DNA from: the human T2T-CHM13v2.0 reference genome, Homo sapiens
Strand: one strand, 5' to 3'
Length of the DNA stretch: 64,000 bases
Assembly (NCBI RefSeq): GCF_009914755.1
Contig: NC_060932.1
Numbering within the stretch: the first letter of the stretch is position 1; each line of letters begins with the position of its first letter. The position numbers and the translations under genes are program-made. The notes beneath the pieces are model-generated. The model saw only the letters and a program-made list of their open reading frames with translations, did no database searches and was not told the DNA's origin. Of the stretch, positions 1 through 13,830 are shown piece after piece.

Positions 1-360
1 CAGCCATAAAAAATGATGAGTTCATGTCCTTTGTAGGGACATGGATGAAATTGGAAATCATCATTCTCAGTAAACTATTGCAAGGACAAAAAACCAAACA
101 CTGCATGTTCTCACTCATAGGTGGGAATTGAACAATGAGATCACATGGACACAGGAAGGGGAACATCACACTCTGGGAACTATTGTGGGGTGGGAGGAGG
201 GGGGAGGGATAGCATTAGGAGATATATCTAATGCTAAATGACGAGTTAATGGATGCAGCACACCAGCATGGCACACATATACATATGTAACTAACCTGCA
301 CAATGTGCACATGTACCCTAAAACTTAAAGTATAATAATAATAAAATAAAATAAAATAAA
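1..360 (+). mobile_element. L1PA2/L1PA3-like LINE-1 3' end (ORF2 tail, 3'UTR, A-rich tail); continues upstream of the window
   Basis: Canonical L1 3'UTR (GGGAATTGAACAATGAGATCACATGG, G-rich tract, CATGTACCCTAAAACTTAAAGTATAAT) followed by an (AAAAT)n tail. It has GAG rather than the Ta-diagnostic ACA, so it is not L1HS-Ta. Confidence 0.93.
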
Positions 361-444
361 GATATATTTTGCTCTCTCACACATACACATACAATTGAGC
401 ATGAACTGTTTATAGCTTTCTGAATCTAGATGGGACAGCACTGT

Positions 445-590
445 GATGAGAGCTCAGGTGCTGTGGCTAGATTGTCTGGGTGTGAGTCAGGGCTCCATCA
501 CTTTCCCATTACCTGAGCCTAGATAAGTTGATTTAAACACTCTGTGCCTCAATTTTCTCACCTATAAAATAAAGATAATAGTATCTAAAA
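445..590 (+). mobile_element. MIR SINE fragment
   Basis: MIR core-like CTCTGTGCCTCAATTTTCTCACCTATAAAAT. Confidence 0.7.
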
Positions 591-1444
591 AAAAAGAGAG
601 AGAATTAAAAGTGGATAGACATGAATAACTCTGATGATACTGGTTGTATCCCTGAATCCTGCAATATACACATGATTCAATGATCCCATTTTGAAAATTA
701 AGCTTTTTGAATTGTTTTCCAATGTTAGCAATTGAAATGATCCTAATATAGCAAATAAAAGGGAAGTTAAAACCAAAAGCAAAACTGTCTCCAAATACTT
801 CTTTTTGGAGGCTTGTTCAGTGCATACATGCATTCTGATGAATATTGAAAAATAATTATAATGATAGTAGTTCAAACAAAGAGCTCTGGGTTCTTAGTTT
901 GGACTAGAGGCATGCTTATCAAATATGTACTTCTTGGGTCAAAACTACCAACAAAATATGAGACATTATTTTAAAGCCATAGATAAGTAAAAACTGCTTG
1001 GAAAAATTGCACATTTGTAACAGATTTTAGCATGTGCACATTTGAAATAATGGTACTGTTGGTAAGAATACTGAAAAGAAAATTAAGAGAACTGGGCTGA
1101 AGTCCCAGTTTTATATTTAAAGGTGTGCTGCCATGGGTAGGTGGCTTTACCCTGGGACTTAGTGTCCTCTTCTGTGAAATGAGGTGTTTGGGATTTGTTG
1201 CCCTATGGGTCTTTTCAATTCAGAAGCTCTCTCTTCTCCTCTCATCCCCTCTCCTCTCATCTCTGCTTTTTCTTCCACTATGGTGTGTAATTCTGATATC
1301 TCAAGTCGTGAGAGGCATAACTGAGCTGGAGAATTTACAAGGAAGGGTGGTGAAGTAATCAAGGTAAGAAAAACACAAAAGCAAAGGATTCTTCAAATTG
1401 GAAAATAGTTTGAGAAGGACCAGATCAATAAGATTAAATGTACT

Positions 1445-1800
1445 TTGTGGTTCACCAAACCATTTTCCCTTTTGCTTCTGAGCACATACCATATTATATT
1501 ATATTATATTATATTATATTATATTATATTATATTATATTAATTATATTATATATATATACTAGATTGCAGTGACGTGTGGCCTTGTGACTGAGATATTG
1601 CTGATAAGATATTAGAATAAATGATGTACACCACCTGTAGGTCTGGACCCTAAACTTCCCACTAAGTCCTCTACATTCATTCATTTCTTTTCTCTACTGA
1701 TTGAATGCAGAGGATCCAGTGGTGGACTCCAAAGGCTCTCAGGATAGATGGAAAGAGCCTTGGTCCATGAATGACTGCATGGAGCAAAGCCATGAGTCTT
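1445..1800 (+). mobile_element. Old MLT1 (MLT1I/J-like) MaLR LTR fragment
   Basis: GGCCTTGTGACTGAG and GATGGAAAGAGCCTTGGTCCATGAATGACTGCATGGAGCA resemble MLT1I/J motifs. Confidence 0.5.
1491..1560. repeat. (ATATT)n pentanucleotide followed by (TA)n
   Basis: Direct reading. Confidence 0.95.
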
Positions 1801-2038
1801 TTTCTTTATTGATTTATGTATCCTTCCTTACCTCACTTATTTATTCATTTATGTAACATGGGCCAACATTACCTTTCATCAAAATACCTTTAATAGCACT
1901 GCCAAGGACAGAATGCTCAGCTGAATAGACTTTGACCCTGACTCATTGTCTTATTTTTATTTTTTTCTATTTAAATAAAATGTAACTGATTTTTTCATTC
2001 TGTACCCAGACATTTAGCATTATGTACCTGTTACAGCC

Positions 2039-2451
2039 TGATATGGTGTGTATCTGTATCCCTGCCCAAATCTCATGTGAATTTGTAATCCCCAATGTTG
2101 GACATGGGGCCTGGTGGGAGACAATTGGATCACGGGGGCTGAGTTCTTATGAATGGGTTAGCATCATCCCCTCAGTGCTGTTCTTGTGATAGTGAGTGAG
2201 TTATTGCAAGATCTGGTTGTTTAAAAGTGTGCAGCACCTCCCTCTTCTCTCTCGGTCCTGCTCCTGCCAAGTAAGATGCCTGCTCCCACATTATCTGCCA
2301 TGATTGTAAATTTCCTGAGGCCTCCTCAGAAGCAGAAGCCACTATACTTTCTGTACAGCCTGCAGAACCGGGAGCCAATTAAACCTTTTTTCTTTGTAAA
2401 CTACCCAGTCTCAGATATTTCTTCATAGCAGTGTGTGAATGGACTATTACA
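2039..2451 (+). mobile_element. MST (MSTA-like) solo LTR
   Basis: TGATATGG...ATTAAACC...TTACA ends. 5-bp TSD CAGCC at 2034-2038 and 2452-2456. Confidence 0.9.
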
Positions 2452-3224
2452 CAGCCATTGCAAGTTTCAGCAACTCAACACCTCTTTATTTGTTTTATCC
2501 ATCATTATGGTTCTGATGCCTGTTGTGCCTTTCTTAATCTTCCTAAAGAGAGCTCCCAGAGTCTGTGATCGCCTCCTGAAAACTTCGTTGACTCTTTTGT
2601 CTTCACTCTGCAGCAAGAGGATAAATGTTCTCTTGAATAGCAGGGATTATTTATGGCAAAGGTTTCCTCAATGTCAATTTGTCCACAGAGGGAAGTACAA
2701 CTCCAAGGGCATGTTCTTCTCTGGATGCCAGATTCAACTCCCACTAGCACTAACGAGCACTACATGTGTGACTGTTGCCTTTTCTGGGCCACTGCAGCAT
2801 AGAGAGAAGCCTTTTCTCATCCATCACATCACCATCAACCCTTGCTCACTCACTTCCTTCTTTTCTAAGTAGCTTTCCAAACGAGAAAGTGGAAACACTC
2901 CATTATTTATCTCTGACCAAAATGTTCTTTTCAATAACAGTGATAAGGTCTTCCAAAGTCCAGCACCATCCTGTGTCCTGTGCTCTCCCTGGACACAGGA
3001 CCGTGCTAAAGGACTTGGCCTCATTGAAAGGTCAAATCTTGATTATTTATAGGGCTGATTGTAACCTCTTGAAGCTGAGGAACTCTGACTTCTTTGGATC
3101 TAACACAGTACTTGGCATCCTGCTAGGTGAGCAGCAGATGTTCCATAACCGTAGCCGGGTACTTGCTATGGCCTTACAGCTGTGGTGGAGGCAAGACTGC
3201 CCATGAGTAGCAGAGGTGATATAG

Positions 3225-3342
3225 ACATATCTGGCCCTGGCCAGGGATGCTGTGAGACATTCTACAGTGCTCAGAGCAGCCCGTGTCACAAAGGAGTCTA
3301 TCCCAAAGTGTCAACAGTTGGGAGGCTGAGAAATCCTATACT
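3225..3342 (+). mobile_element. MER20-like hAT-Charlie fragment
   Basis: GGCCAGGGATGCTG...AAAGTGTCAACAGT...GGCTGAGAAATCCT resembles the MER20 end. Confidence 0.65.
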
Positions 3343-3565
3343 AGAGTCAGTTTCTATGGCTCATAATTAATAACTTTTCTAAAATAGGTGATATTATTAA
3401 CCCTATTTTACAATGAGGGAAGAGATTGAATTAGATTAAATAAAATGTTTAGGAATAAATACTAAAGATAGCCTGGTAAAGGAGAGATTCATGTTAGTCC
3501 AGATTTTAATGATCTTTTGTTAGGGAAACTATTGGTGGTTTTTGACAAAAAGCACAATTTGACTT

Positions 3566-4209
3566 TGTGGTGGCTTTGTAACATGTCAACTTGGCTACAG
3601 TGACCTACATTTTCCCCAAATCCCTATTTTTTGCATGTTTCTGGATAGGATTGAACAAAAGAGATATTTTTGGGTGAGATGTGGGGCAGACGTGATGCAG
3701 CTGCCGTTTTGTAGTTCACACATATTGTCACTGACTTGCAGGCTCACCTTTGGTGTGAGGCCGGAGACAGCCCACAACCATTTCACTTTCCCTTGGATCT
3801 GCCTCCAATTCTTGCAACTCTTGGGTCAGATGTGTGTGTAGTTCTGTGAGGGAAATGCCTAGCTTCTGTAGGACACCCACTGTAAGAAGAACAGACGGGG
3901 GTTTCTGTCTGTGCTTGTGGGCTCCGGCTTGTGACTGTGGTTCTAGCTTGATCTTGCTTACTCCCACATAACATTCATCTTCTCTTCCCGACTGTCTGCC
4001 CTCTGGACTTGAAGTTTCACCACCAGACAGGATGACAACCATCCCACAGTGACTGCTTAAGCAGCTCTCACAATTGTAGAAAGTCAAATCGCTGTAGCAA
4101 ATATATGTGTGTGTGTGCATATAGACAGACACACAGATACAGACACACACACCCCCACATATATATGTGGTTTTGCTTCTCTGATTGCACCTTGATATAA
4201 CTGGTAACA
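3566..4209 (+). mobile_element. MLT2 (MLT2E/F-like) ERVL solo LTR with internal (TG)/(CA) tract
   Basis: TGTGGTGGCTTTGTAACATGTCAACTTGGCT start; GTGGTTTTGCTTCTCTGATTG...ACA end. Confidence 0.7.
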
Positions 4210-4849
4210 TTTTTGATAAAAGTTATTATTATGAGAAAGTCATAAATTAATAACTACATAAAAAGTTTTGAATAAAGTAAAAAAGCCACTTATAATCCCC
4301 TCATCTTAAAATAACTACTATTCAGTTCTGTAATCACCTTCCTCTTTCCACAGGTATACACTAAAACAAAAAAGCAATTGTCGTATAAATGAAAACGTGT
4401 GCATCTCTAGGTATCAATTTATTTGTTGCCTTAGCTTCCTCACTTCTATCATATTCATATCCAGTGTTCTCTGCTGCCAATGAGGTGGACATTGGTATCT
4501 CTATTCCTCGCTTTAACATCTAACATTGAAATAGGGAAAATACTTCTTACACACTCTTGTACTATGCTCTGTTATAGCATCTTGTGCTGTACTATGTTAT
4601 AGAAAAAACATAACATTCCTTGGGATCTCAATTTATTAGTGATATATATTTTTAATTTTTAAATGTATTTGTGTAATATTTTCAACAGCTTGGAGGACAT
4701 CATGAGGTATAGGATGAAAGGCAATTTGAGAAGTCCAGTGCCTCTTGTCCTCAAATTTACTCTTTCCCTGCTTTAATGATTCATAACCCTTTGCAAAGGG
4801 AATGGGCCTTCATCCTCTCTTTCCTTAGGGTAAAGTTTCTTTCCATGAG

Positions 4850-5005
4850 GAGGATGGCAATATAATTTGTTGTCCATTCTAGGACCTTCTTGAGAGAAGA
4901 GGGAGTATGACTAACAATTATGCTGGGACAGTAGGCACGGATATTATCTTACTTATGAGGCTGTCTGGCCTGTCTTGAAACAGACCATTCTTATGTCAAA
5001 CCCAT
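4850..5005. mobile_element. MER81/MER94-like hAT-Blackjack relic
   Basis: ATATAATTTGTTGTCCA...AATTATGCTGGGACAGTAGGC resembles the MER81/94 consensus. Confidence 0.45.
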
Positions 5006-5044
5006 CTTACCTGGGACAGAGGCATTTTAACCTATTTATAGTCA

Positions 5045-7428
5045 TACTCTATTTGCACTATTTTACAGACCACCAACAATGTATGAGTTCCAATTTCACT
5101 ACATTCTCACTAACACTTGTTATTTTCCATTTAAATAGAAAATTCTAGCCATAATAATGGGTGCAATATGACATCTCATTATGGTTGTAATTTGCATTTC
5201 CCTAATGACAATGATGTTGAGGATATTTTCATGTCCTTATTGACTAATTATTTATCTACTTTAGGGAAATGTCTGTTTAGGTTCTGTATCCAAGTTTTAA
5301 TAGGGTTATTGGGTTTTTGTTGTTGAGTTCTTTATATATTCTTTATACTAGGCCCTATGGTTTGCAAAAATTTTCTCCCATTATGTAAATTGTCTTTTCA
5401 CTTTCTTCGTAGTGTCCTTTAATGTACATAAGTTTTTATTTTTGATGAAGTTGAATTTATCCTTTTATTTTGTTGCTTGTGTTCTTGGTGTCATTTTTAA
5501 GAAACACTATCTAACCTTAGGTTAAAAATATTTAACCCATATTTTCTTCCAAGAGTTTGAGTTTATCTCTTAAATTTAGGCTTTTGATTCTTTTTGGGTT
5601 AATATTCGTATATGACATGTGGTTGTAGTCTAAATTCATTCTTTTGTATGTAGATATCCAGTTGTTGAAAAGACCATTCTTTTCCCATTGAATGTATCGG
5701 TGCCTCTGTCAAAACCCAACTGACCCTAGAGCTATGAGTTTATTTTTGGTCTCCCAATTCTGTTTCATTGATCTATATATCTATCCTTATGCCAGTAACA
5801 TACTGTCTTGACTATTGTGACTTTGTAATAAGTTTTGGAGTTGGGCAACGTATATCTTTCAACTTAGTTCCTTTTTTATAATTCATTTGGCTATTCAAGC
5901 GCTCTTGCAATTCCATATGAATTTTTGTTTCAGCTTGTCCATTTTCATGTCATTCATATGTAGATAGAGCTAGTCTTAATTTCTTCCTTTCCCATTTAGG
6001 TTCTTACCCTGCCCGCCAACCTACCTTCCCTCCTTCCTCCCTGCCCCCAATTACCCTGACTGGAACTGTCAGTAAAATGTTGAACAGAAATGGGGAGAGT
6101 GGACATCCTTGTCTTGTTCTTGATTTTAGGACCAAAGTTTTTAACATTAAGTATGACGTCAGCTGGTGGTTTTTCATAGATGTCTTTTATCAGGTTGAAG
6201 AAGTTCATTTCTGTTCCTAGTTAGTTGAATGTTTTTTATTATGAAAGGATTTTGGTTTTTGTCAAATGCTTTTTCTCTATTTTCTGAGATAATTATATGG
6301 ATTTTGCTTTTATTCTATTGACATGGAGTATTAATTTATTTTTAGATGTTAAACCAACTTTGCATTCTCACTGAGTCATGATTTGTAATCATTTCAATAT
6401 GCTGCTGAATTTTGTTTGCTCATATTTTGTTGAAGACTTTTGCATCTATATTCATATGAGATATTAATTGGTGGTTTCCTTTTCTTGCAGTGTTTTTGTC
6501 TGGCTTTGGTATTAATAGTAGCCTGATATAATAAGTGAGAAAGTGTTTCTTCCACTTCCATTTTTTTAGAAGAATTTGTGAAGGATTAGTTTTAATTCTT
6601 CTTTCTGTGTTTGGTGAAATTTACCAGTGACTCCATCTTCACTGGGATTTCCAGTGATAAATGGAAATTTTGATTACTAATTCAATCTTTTTGTTGTCAT
6701 TATAGGTCTATTTATATTTTCTATTTCTTTTTGAGTCTGTTTTGGCAGTTTGTGTGTTTCTAGGATTTGCCAATATCATTTAGTTTATTCAATTTCTTAT
6801 TATCTTTTCATTTCTATAAGGTCTGTAGTAATGTCCCCACTTGCATTCCTAATTTTAGGAATTTGAGTATTCTCTTTTTTTCTTGGTCAATTTAGGTAAA
6901 GCTTTGTTAATTCTGTTGATGTTTGGAAAGAACTAAATTTTTGTTTTGTTGATTCTCTATTCTTTCTTACTCTTTATTTTGTTTATCTCCACTGTAATCT
7001 TTATTATTTCCTTGTTTATGCTGGGTTTGGGCTTACTTTGCTATTGCTTTTCTAGTTTCTTAAGGTAGAAGGCTAGGCTATTGACTTCAAATCTTCTTTT
7101 TAAATTGAGTCATTTATAGTTACATATTTCTCTCTGAGCACTACTTTCACTGCATTCCAGTTTTTGTATGCTGTGTTTTTATTTTCATATATTTGAAATT
7201 TTCCTTTGATTTCTTCTTTGACACATTGGTTGATTAAGAATGTGTTGTTTAATTTTTGTATATTCATAAATTTTCCGGATTTTATTTTGTTATTCATTTT
7301 TAACTGCATTCCGTTGTCATTAAAGAAGGCTTCATATTATTTCAATCTTTTAAAATTTATTGAGACTAATTTTATTGCCTAAAATATAGTCTTTCCTGGT
7401 GAATTCTCCATGTGCATTTGGGAAGAAG
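5045..7428 (-). mobile_element. Old L1M (L1MB/MC-like) ORF2 fragment
   Basis: T-rich antisense L1 sequence. Minus-strand ORFs 5996-6208 (LIKDIYEKPPADVILN) and 7100-7309 (KLNNTFLINQCVKEEIK) are degenerate L1 ORF2. Confidence 0.88.
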
Positions 7429-7429
7429 A

Positions 7430-7922
7430 GTGAATTAAGAAAGCATAAGGAGAAAGCCACAATGTCTTTTGTGACCCAGCCTTGAAGTTATTTTTCCATA
7501 ATTTTTGTAATCTTCTATTGGTTACACGACCCATCCTTATTCAGTGTGGTAAGGATTGTATAAATGCATGAACACTACAAGGTAATAATCATTCAGGGTC
7601 ATGTCAAAGCCTGACAACCATAGTCTTCATTCTGGTTCCCAGTGATTCACAACCCTCACACGTGCAAAATATACTCACCCTCTTACAAGGCTCCAAAAAA
7701 TCTCACCCTACTACAATATTACACAAAGTCCAGAATCTCCTTATCATTTAAATGGTCCAGACATGAATGGGGCTTCTAGGGTACTCCTTAAGAACATTTC
7801 CTTGCATATGGTTTCTCTCAAGCCGAAGACCTGTGAACTAAAACTTAAGTTATTTCTTCTACTCACACCCAAATAGAATCATGGCATTCCCATAAGATAG
7901 TAGCTATAAAATCTCCTGTTCA
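7430..7922 (-). mobile_element. MLT1 (F/G/H-like) LTR part plus MLT1-int, left piece, interrupted by L1PB1
   Basis: GCCACAATGTCTTTTGTGACCCAGCC...GACAACCATA LTR end, followed by int-like CCCAGTGATTCACAACCCTCACACGTGCAAAATATACTCACCC. Confidence 0.65.
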
Positions 7923-8829
7923 GGGGCAAGAAGCCTGGCCAGAACCAGGGGAAGGGGGCAAATCAAATCAGGCATGCAGATTTCACAGGCTGGGGAAGAA
8001 CTAAAGCCCTTTTTTCTCACAACTGGGAGTCAGATAGCCTCAGGCAAGTTTTTAAGTCCATCACCCTCCACCTGGAAGCAGACTCCGGGCTGTTGGTAAG
8101 GGGCACAGTGTAAGTAAGAAAGGCCTTTTGGATTGCATGGGAGCTGGGTGAGGCCTGTGACTGCAGCTTTCCCCCACTTCCCTCACAACCTGCATGACTC
8201 AGCAAAGACAACCATAATCCTCCCCTACACAACTCCAGTGACCTGGGAATCTTACCCCCATACCCCACAGCAGCCTCAGCCAGACATGCCCAAGGAGAGT
8301 CAGAGCTCAGACACGCCTAGCCCCATCCCCACCTGATGGTCTTTCCCTATCCACCCTGGTAGTGAAAGATAAACGGCGTATAATCTTGGGAGTTCTAGGG
8401 CCCTGCACACCACCAGTCCTTCTCCACACTACTACAGCTGATGCTTTCTGGAAAGTACCACCTCCTGGCAGGAGACCAACCAGCACAAAAATGGAACATT
8501 AAACCATCAAAGCTAAGGGCCTTCCCAGAATCCATTGCACCCTCTGCCACCTCCACTGGAAAGGAGCTGGTATCCATGTCTGAGAGACACATAGACAGTT
8601 CACATCACAGGAATTGTGCAGACAACCCCCAGTACCAGCCCAGAGCCAGGGAGACATGCTGGGTGGCTAGATACAGAAGCGAGACAACAATCACTGCAGT
8701 TTGGCTCACAGGAAGCCACATCCATAGGAAAAGGGGGAGAGTACTACATGAAGGGAACAACCCATGGGCCAAAAGAATCTGAACAACAGCCTTCAGCCCT
8801 AGATGTTCCCTCTGACAGAACCTACCCAA

Positions 8830-9830
8830 ATAAGAAGGAACCAGAAAACCAACCCTGGTAATACAACAAAACAAGGCTCTTCAGCACCCTGCCAAAAATT
8901 ACACTAGTTCACCACCAATGGATCCAAACCCAGAAGAAATCCCTGATCTACCAGAAAAAGAATTCAGGAGGTTAGTTATTAAGATAATAAGGGAGGGACC
9001 AGAGACAGGCAAAGCCCAATGCAAAGAAATCCAAAAAATGATACAAGAAGTGAGGGGAGAAATATTCATGGAAATAGATATCTTAAAGAAAAAATGATCA
9101 AAAATTCAGGAAACTTTGGACACACTTTTAGAAATGCAAACTGCTCTGGAAAGTCTCAGCAATAGAATTGAATAACTAGAAGAAAGAAAATCGAGCTCAA
9201 AGACAAGGTCTTCTAATTAAACCAATCCAACAAAGACAAAGAAAAAAGAATAAGAAAATATGAACAAAGCCACAAAGAAGTCTGGGATTATGCTAAACCA
9301 CCAAACCTAAGAATAATCTTCTTCTGAGGAAGAAGATAATTCTAAAAGCTTGGAGAAACATATTTGGGGGAATAATCAAGGAAAACTTCCCCAGCCTTGT
9401 GAGAGACCTAGACTTCCAAATACAAGAAGGATAAAAAACACCTGGGAAATTCATCGCAAAAAGATCTTTGCCTAGGCACATTGTCATCAGGTTATCCAAA
9501 GTCAAGACAAAGGAAAGAATCTTATAAGCTGTGAGACAGAAACACCAGGTAACTAACTTATAAAGGAAAACCTATCAGATTAACAGCAAATTTCTCAGCA
9601 GAAACCCTACAAGCTTGAAGCGATTCGGGACCTATCTTCAGTGTCCTCAAACAAAACAATTATCAGCCAAGAATTTTGTATCCAGCGTAACTAAGCATCA
9701 TATATGAAGGAAAGATACAGTTGTTTTCAGAAAAACAAATGCTGAAAGAATTCACCATTACCAAACCACCACTACAAGAACTGCTAAAAGGAGCTCTAAA
9801 TCTTGAAACAAATCCTGGAAACATGAAAAC
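8830..9830 (+). pseudogene. Disrupted L1 ORF1p (RNA-binding chaperone)
   Basis: MDPNPEEIPDLPEKEFRRLVIK segment and the C-terminal ARILYPA-like motif. Start codon appears as ATA, with internal stops and frameshifts. Confidence 0.8.
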
Positions 9831-9946
9831 AGAGCCTCTTTAAAGCATAAATCACACAGGACCTATAAAACAAAAATACAAGTTAAAAAGCAAAAACGAA
9901 CAACAACAAAAAAAAACAAAACCAAAGTACACAGGCAACAAAGAGC

Positions 9947-12900
9947 ATGGTGGAAGCAACAGTACCTCACATTTCAATACTAACGTTGAATGTAAATGGC
10001 CTAAATGTGCCACTTAAAAGATACAGAACTGCAGAATGGAGAAGAACTCACCAACCGACTCTCCGCTGCCTTCAGGAGACTCACATAACACATAAGGACT
10101 CACATAAAGTAAAGGGGTGAAAATGGACACCAAAAGCGAGCAGGGGTACCTATTCTTATATCAGACAAAACAAACTTTAAAGCAAGAGCAGTTAAAAGAG
10201 ACAAAGAGGGACAGACAGTATATAATAGTAAAACGTCTTGTCCGACAAAAAAATACCACAATCCTAAACATATATGCACCTAACACTGGAGCTCCCAGAT
10301 TGATAAAACAATTACTTATAGACCTAAGAAATGAGATAGACAGCAACACTGTAATAGTGGGGGACTTCAATACTTCACTGACAGCACTAGACAGGTCATC
10401 AAGACAGAAAGTCAACAAAGAAACAATGGATTTAAACTATACCTTGGAACAAATTGACTTAACAGATATATATAGAGCCTTTCATCTAACAACCCCAGAA
10501 TACACATTCTATTCAACAGCACATGGAACTTTCTCCAAGATAGACCATATGATAGGCCATAAAACGAGCCTCAGTAAATTTAAGAAAATTGATATTATAT
10601 CAAGCACTCTCTCAGACCACAGTGGAATAAAACTGGAAATCAACTCTGAAAGGAACCTTCAAAACCATGCAAATACATGGAAATTAAATAACTTGCTCCT
10701 GAATGAGCATTGGGTCAAAAATAAAATCAAGATGGAAATTAAAAAATTCTTTGGACTGAATGACAATAATGACACAACCTATCAAAACCTTTGGGATATA
10801 GCAAAGGCGGTGCCAAGAGGAAAGTTCATAACCCTAAATGTCTACATCAAAAAGTCTGAAAGAGCACAAACAGACAATCTAAGGTCATACCTCAAGGAAC
10901 TAGAGAAACAAGAACAAACCAAACTCAAATCCAGCAGAAGAAAGGAAATAACCAAGATCAGAGCAGAACTAAATGAAATTGAAACAAAAAAAATACAAAA
11001 TATAAAAGAAACAAAACCGATTCTTTAAAAAGATAAATAAAATTGATAGACTATGAGCAAAATTAACCAAGAAAAGCAAAGAGAAAATCCAAATAACCTC
11101 ACTAAGAAATGAAACAGGAGATATTACAACTGACAGCACTGAAATACAAAAGATCATTTGAGCCTACTATGAACACCTTTATGCACATAAACTAGAAAAC
11201 CTAGAAGAGATGGATAAATTCCTGGAAAGATAAAACCCTGCTAGCTTAAATCAGGAAGAATTAAATAACCTGAACAGACCAATAACAAGTTAGTGAGATT
11301 GAAATGGTAATTTAAAAATTACCAACAAAAAAAGTCCAGGACCAGACAGATTCACAGCAGAAATCTAACAGACATTCAAAGAATTGGTACCAATCCTTTT
11401 GACACTATTCCACAAGATAGAGAAAGAAGGAACCCTCTCTAATTCATTCTATGAAGCCAGCATGACCATAATACCAAAACCAGGAAAGGGCATAACCAAA
11501 AGAGAAAACTACACACCAATATCCTTGATGAATATAGATGCTAAAATCTTTAACAAAATACTAGCTAACCGAATCCAACAACATATCAAAACGGTAATCC
11601 ACCATGATCAAGTGGGTTTCATACCAGGGATGCAGGGATGGTTTAACATATGCAAGTCAATAAATGTGACACACCACATAAACAGAATTAAAAACAAAAA
11701 TCACATGATCATCTCAATAGATGGAGAAAAAACATTGGACAAAATCCAGCATTGCTTTATGATTAAAACTCTCAGAAAAATCGGCATACAAGGGACATAC
11801 CTGAATGTAATAAAAGCCATCTGTGACAAACCCACAGCCAACATAATACTGAATGGGGAAGAGTTGAAAGCATTCCCTCTGAGAACTGGAACAAGACAAG
11901 GATGCCCACTCTCACCACTCCTCTTCAACATAGTACTGGAAGTCCTAGCCAGAATAATCAGATAAGAGAAAGAAATAAAGGACATCCAAATTGGTAAAGA
12001 GGAAGTCAAACTGTCACTGTTTGCTGACAATATGATCGTTTACCTTGAAAACCCTAAAGACTTCTCTAGAAAGCTCCCAGGACTGATAAAAGAATTCAGC
12101 AAAGTTTCTGGACACGAGATTAATGTACACGTATCAGTAATTCTTCTATACACCAACAGCGACCAAGCAGTGAATCAAATCAAGAACTCAACCACTTTTA
12201 CAATAGCTGCAAAAAAGAAAAAGAAAAAGAAAAAAAATACGTAGGAATATACTTAACAAAGGAGTCAAAAGACCTCTACAAGGAAAACTACAAATCATAT
12301 TCTTTTCACGACACAAACAAATGGAAACACATCCCATGCTCATGGATGGGTAGAATCAATATTGTGAAAATGACCATACTGCTAAAAGCAATCTACAGAT
12401 TCAATGAGATTCCCAACCAAATACCACGATCATTCTTCACAGACTTAGAAAAAACAATTATAAAATTCACATCTTTCCAAAAAACAGCCTCAATGGCCAA
12501 AGCAAGACTAAGCAAAAAGCATAAATTTGGAGGCATCACTCTACCTGATTTCAAATTATAGTTTAATGCCATAGTCACCAGAACAGCAAGGTACTGGTAT
12601 AAAAATAGGCACATAGACCAATGGAACAGAAAAGAGAACCCAGAAATAAACCTAAATACTTACAACCAACTGATCTTCAACAAAGCAAACAAAAACATAA
12701 AGTGGGGAAAGAATACCCTTTTCAATAAATGGTGCTGGGATAATTGGCTAGCCACATGTAGGAGAATAAAACCGGATCCTCATCTCTCACCTTATACAAA
12801 AATCAACTCGAGATAGATTAAGGACTTAAAACCTGAAACTATAAAAATTCTAGAAGATAACCTTGGAAAAACCCTTCTAGACATTGGCTTAGGCAAGGAT

Positions 12901-13830
12901 TTCATGACCAAGAACCCAAAGCAAATGCAATAAAAACAAAGATACATAGCTAGGACCTAATTAAACTAAAGAGCTTTTCCATAGCAAAAGGAACAGTCAG
13001 CAGAGTAAACAGACAACCCACAGAGTGGGAGAAAGTCTTCACAATCTATATATCTGACAAAAGACTAACATCCAGGATTTACAACAAGCCCAAACAAATC
13101 AGTAAGAAAAAAAAAATCCCATCGAAATGTGGGCTAAGGACATGAATAGACAATTCTCAAAAGAAGATATGCAAATGACCAACAAACATATGAAAAACTG
13201 TTCAACATCACTAATGATCAGGGAAATGCAAATCAAAACCACAATTCAAAACCACCTTTTCCCTGTGAGAATGGCCATAATCAAAAAATCAAAAAACAGT
13301 AGATGTTGGTGTGGATGCAGTGAACAGGGAACACTTCTACACTGCTGGTGAGAATGTAAGCTAGTACAGCCATTATGGAAAACAGTGTGGAGATTCCTTA
13401 AAGAACTAAAAGTAGAACTACTATTTGATCCAGCAATCCCACTACTGGTTATCTACCTAGAGGAAAAAAAAAGTCATTATTCGAAAAAGACACTTGCACA
13501 TGCAGGTTTATAGCAGCAAAATTCACAATTGCTAAATTGTGGAACCAACACAAATGCCCATCAATCAATGAAGTGGATAACGAAACTGTGATATATATAT
13601 ATATATATATCACATATATATGTGAAATATATCACATATATATGATGAAATATATGTATATCACATATATATGATGAAATATATATATATATATGATGAA
13701 ATACTACTCAGCCATAAAAAAGAGCGAATTAACATTTGCAGTGACCTGGATGAGATTGGAGACTATTATTCTAAGTGAAGTAACTCAGGAATGGAAAACC
13801 AAACATTGCATGTTCTCACTGATATGTGGG
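9947..13830 (+). pseudogene. Disrupted L1 ORF2p (APE endonuclease + reverse transcriptase)
   Basis: MVEATVPHISILTLNVNGLN start. ORF 10117-11028 has NIYAPN, VGDFNT and SDH motifs; ORF 11384-11965 has [10 protein letters not shown]. Catalytic FADD reads FADN (12020-12031). Several stops and frameshifts. Confidence 0.92.

Noticed and set aside
187-208. G-quadruplex-like tract
   Set aside because: Standard, well-described feature of L1PA 3'UTRs.
2435-3289. Overlapping 143-145 aa ORFs and antisense ORFs in apparently unique DNA (possible exon or processed pseudogene)
   Set aside because: No recognisable domain in any frame and no poly-A/TSD. Part resembles an L2 end and MER20. Consistent with chance ORFs.
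10117-11965. 303-aa and 193-aa ORFs as a functional endonuclease/RT gene
   Set aside because: They are fragments of L1PB1 ORF2 with stops, frameshifts and a mutated catalytic motif (FADN).
12292-12312. Possible micro-inversion in L1 ORF2 (ATCATATTCTTTTCAC)
   Set aside because: The reverse complement only loosely matches my recalled consensus; cannot be supported without alignment.
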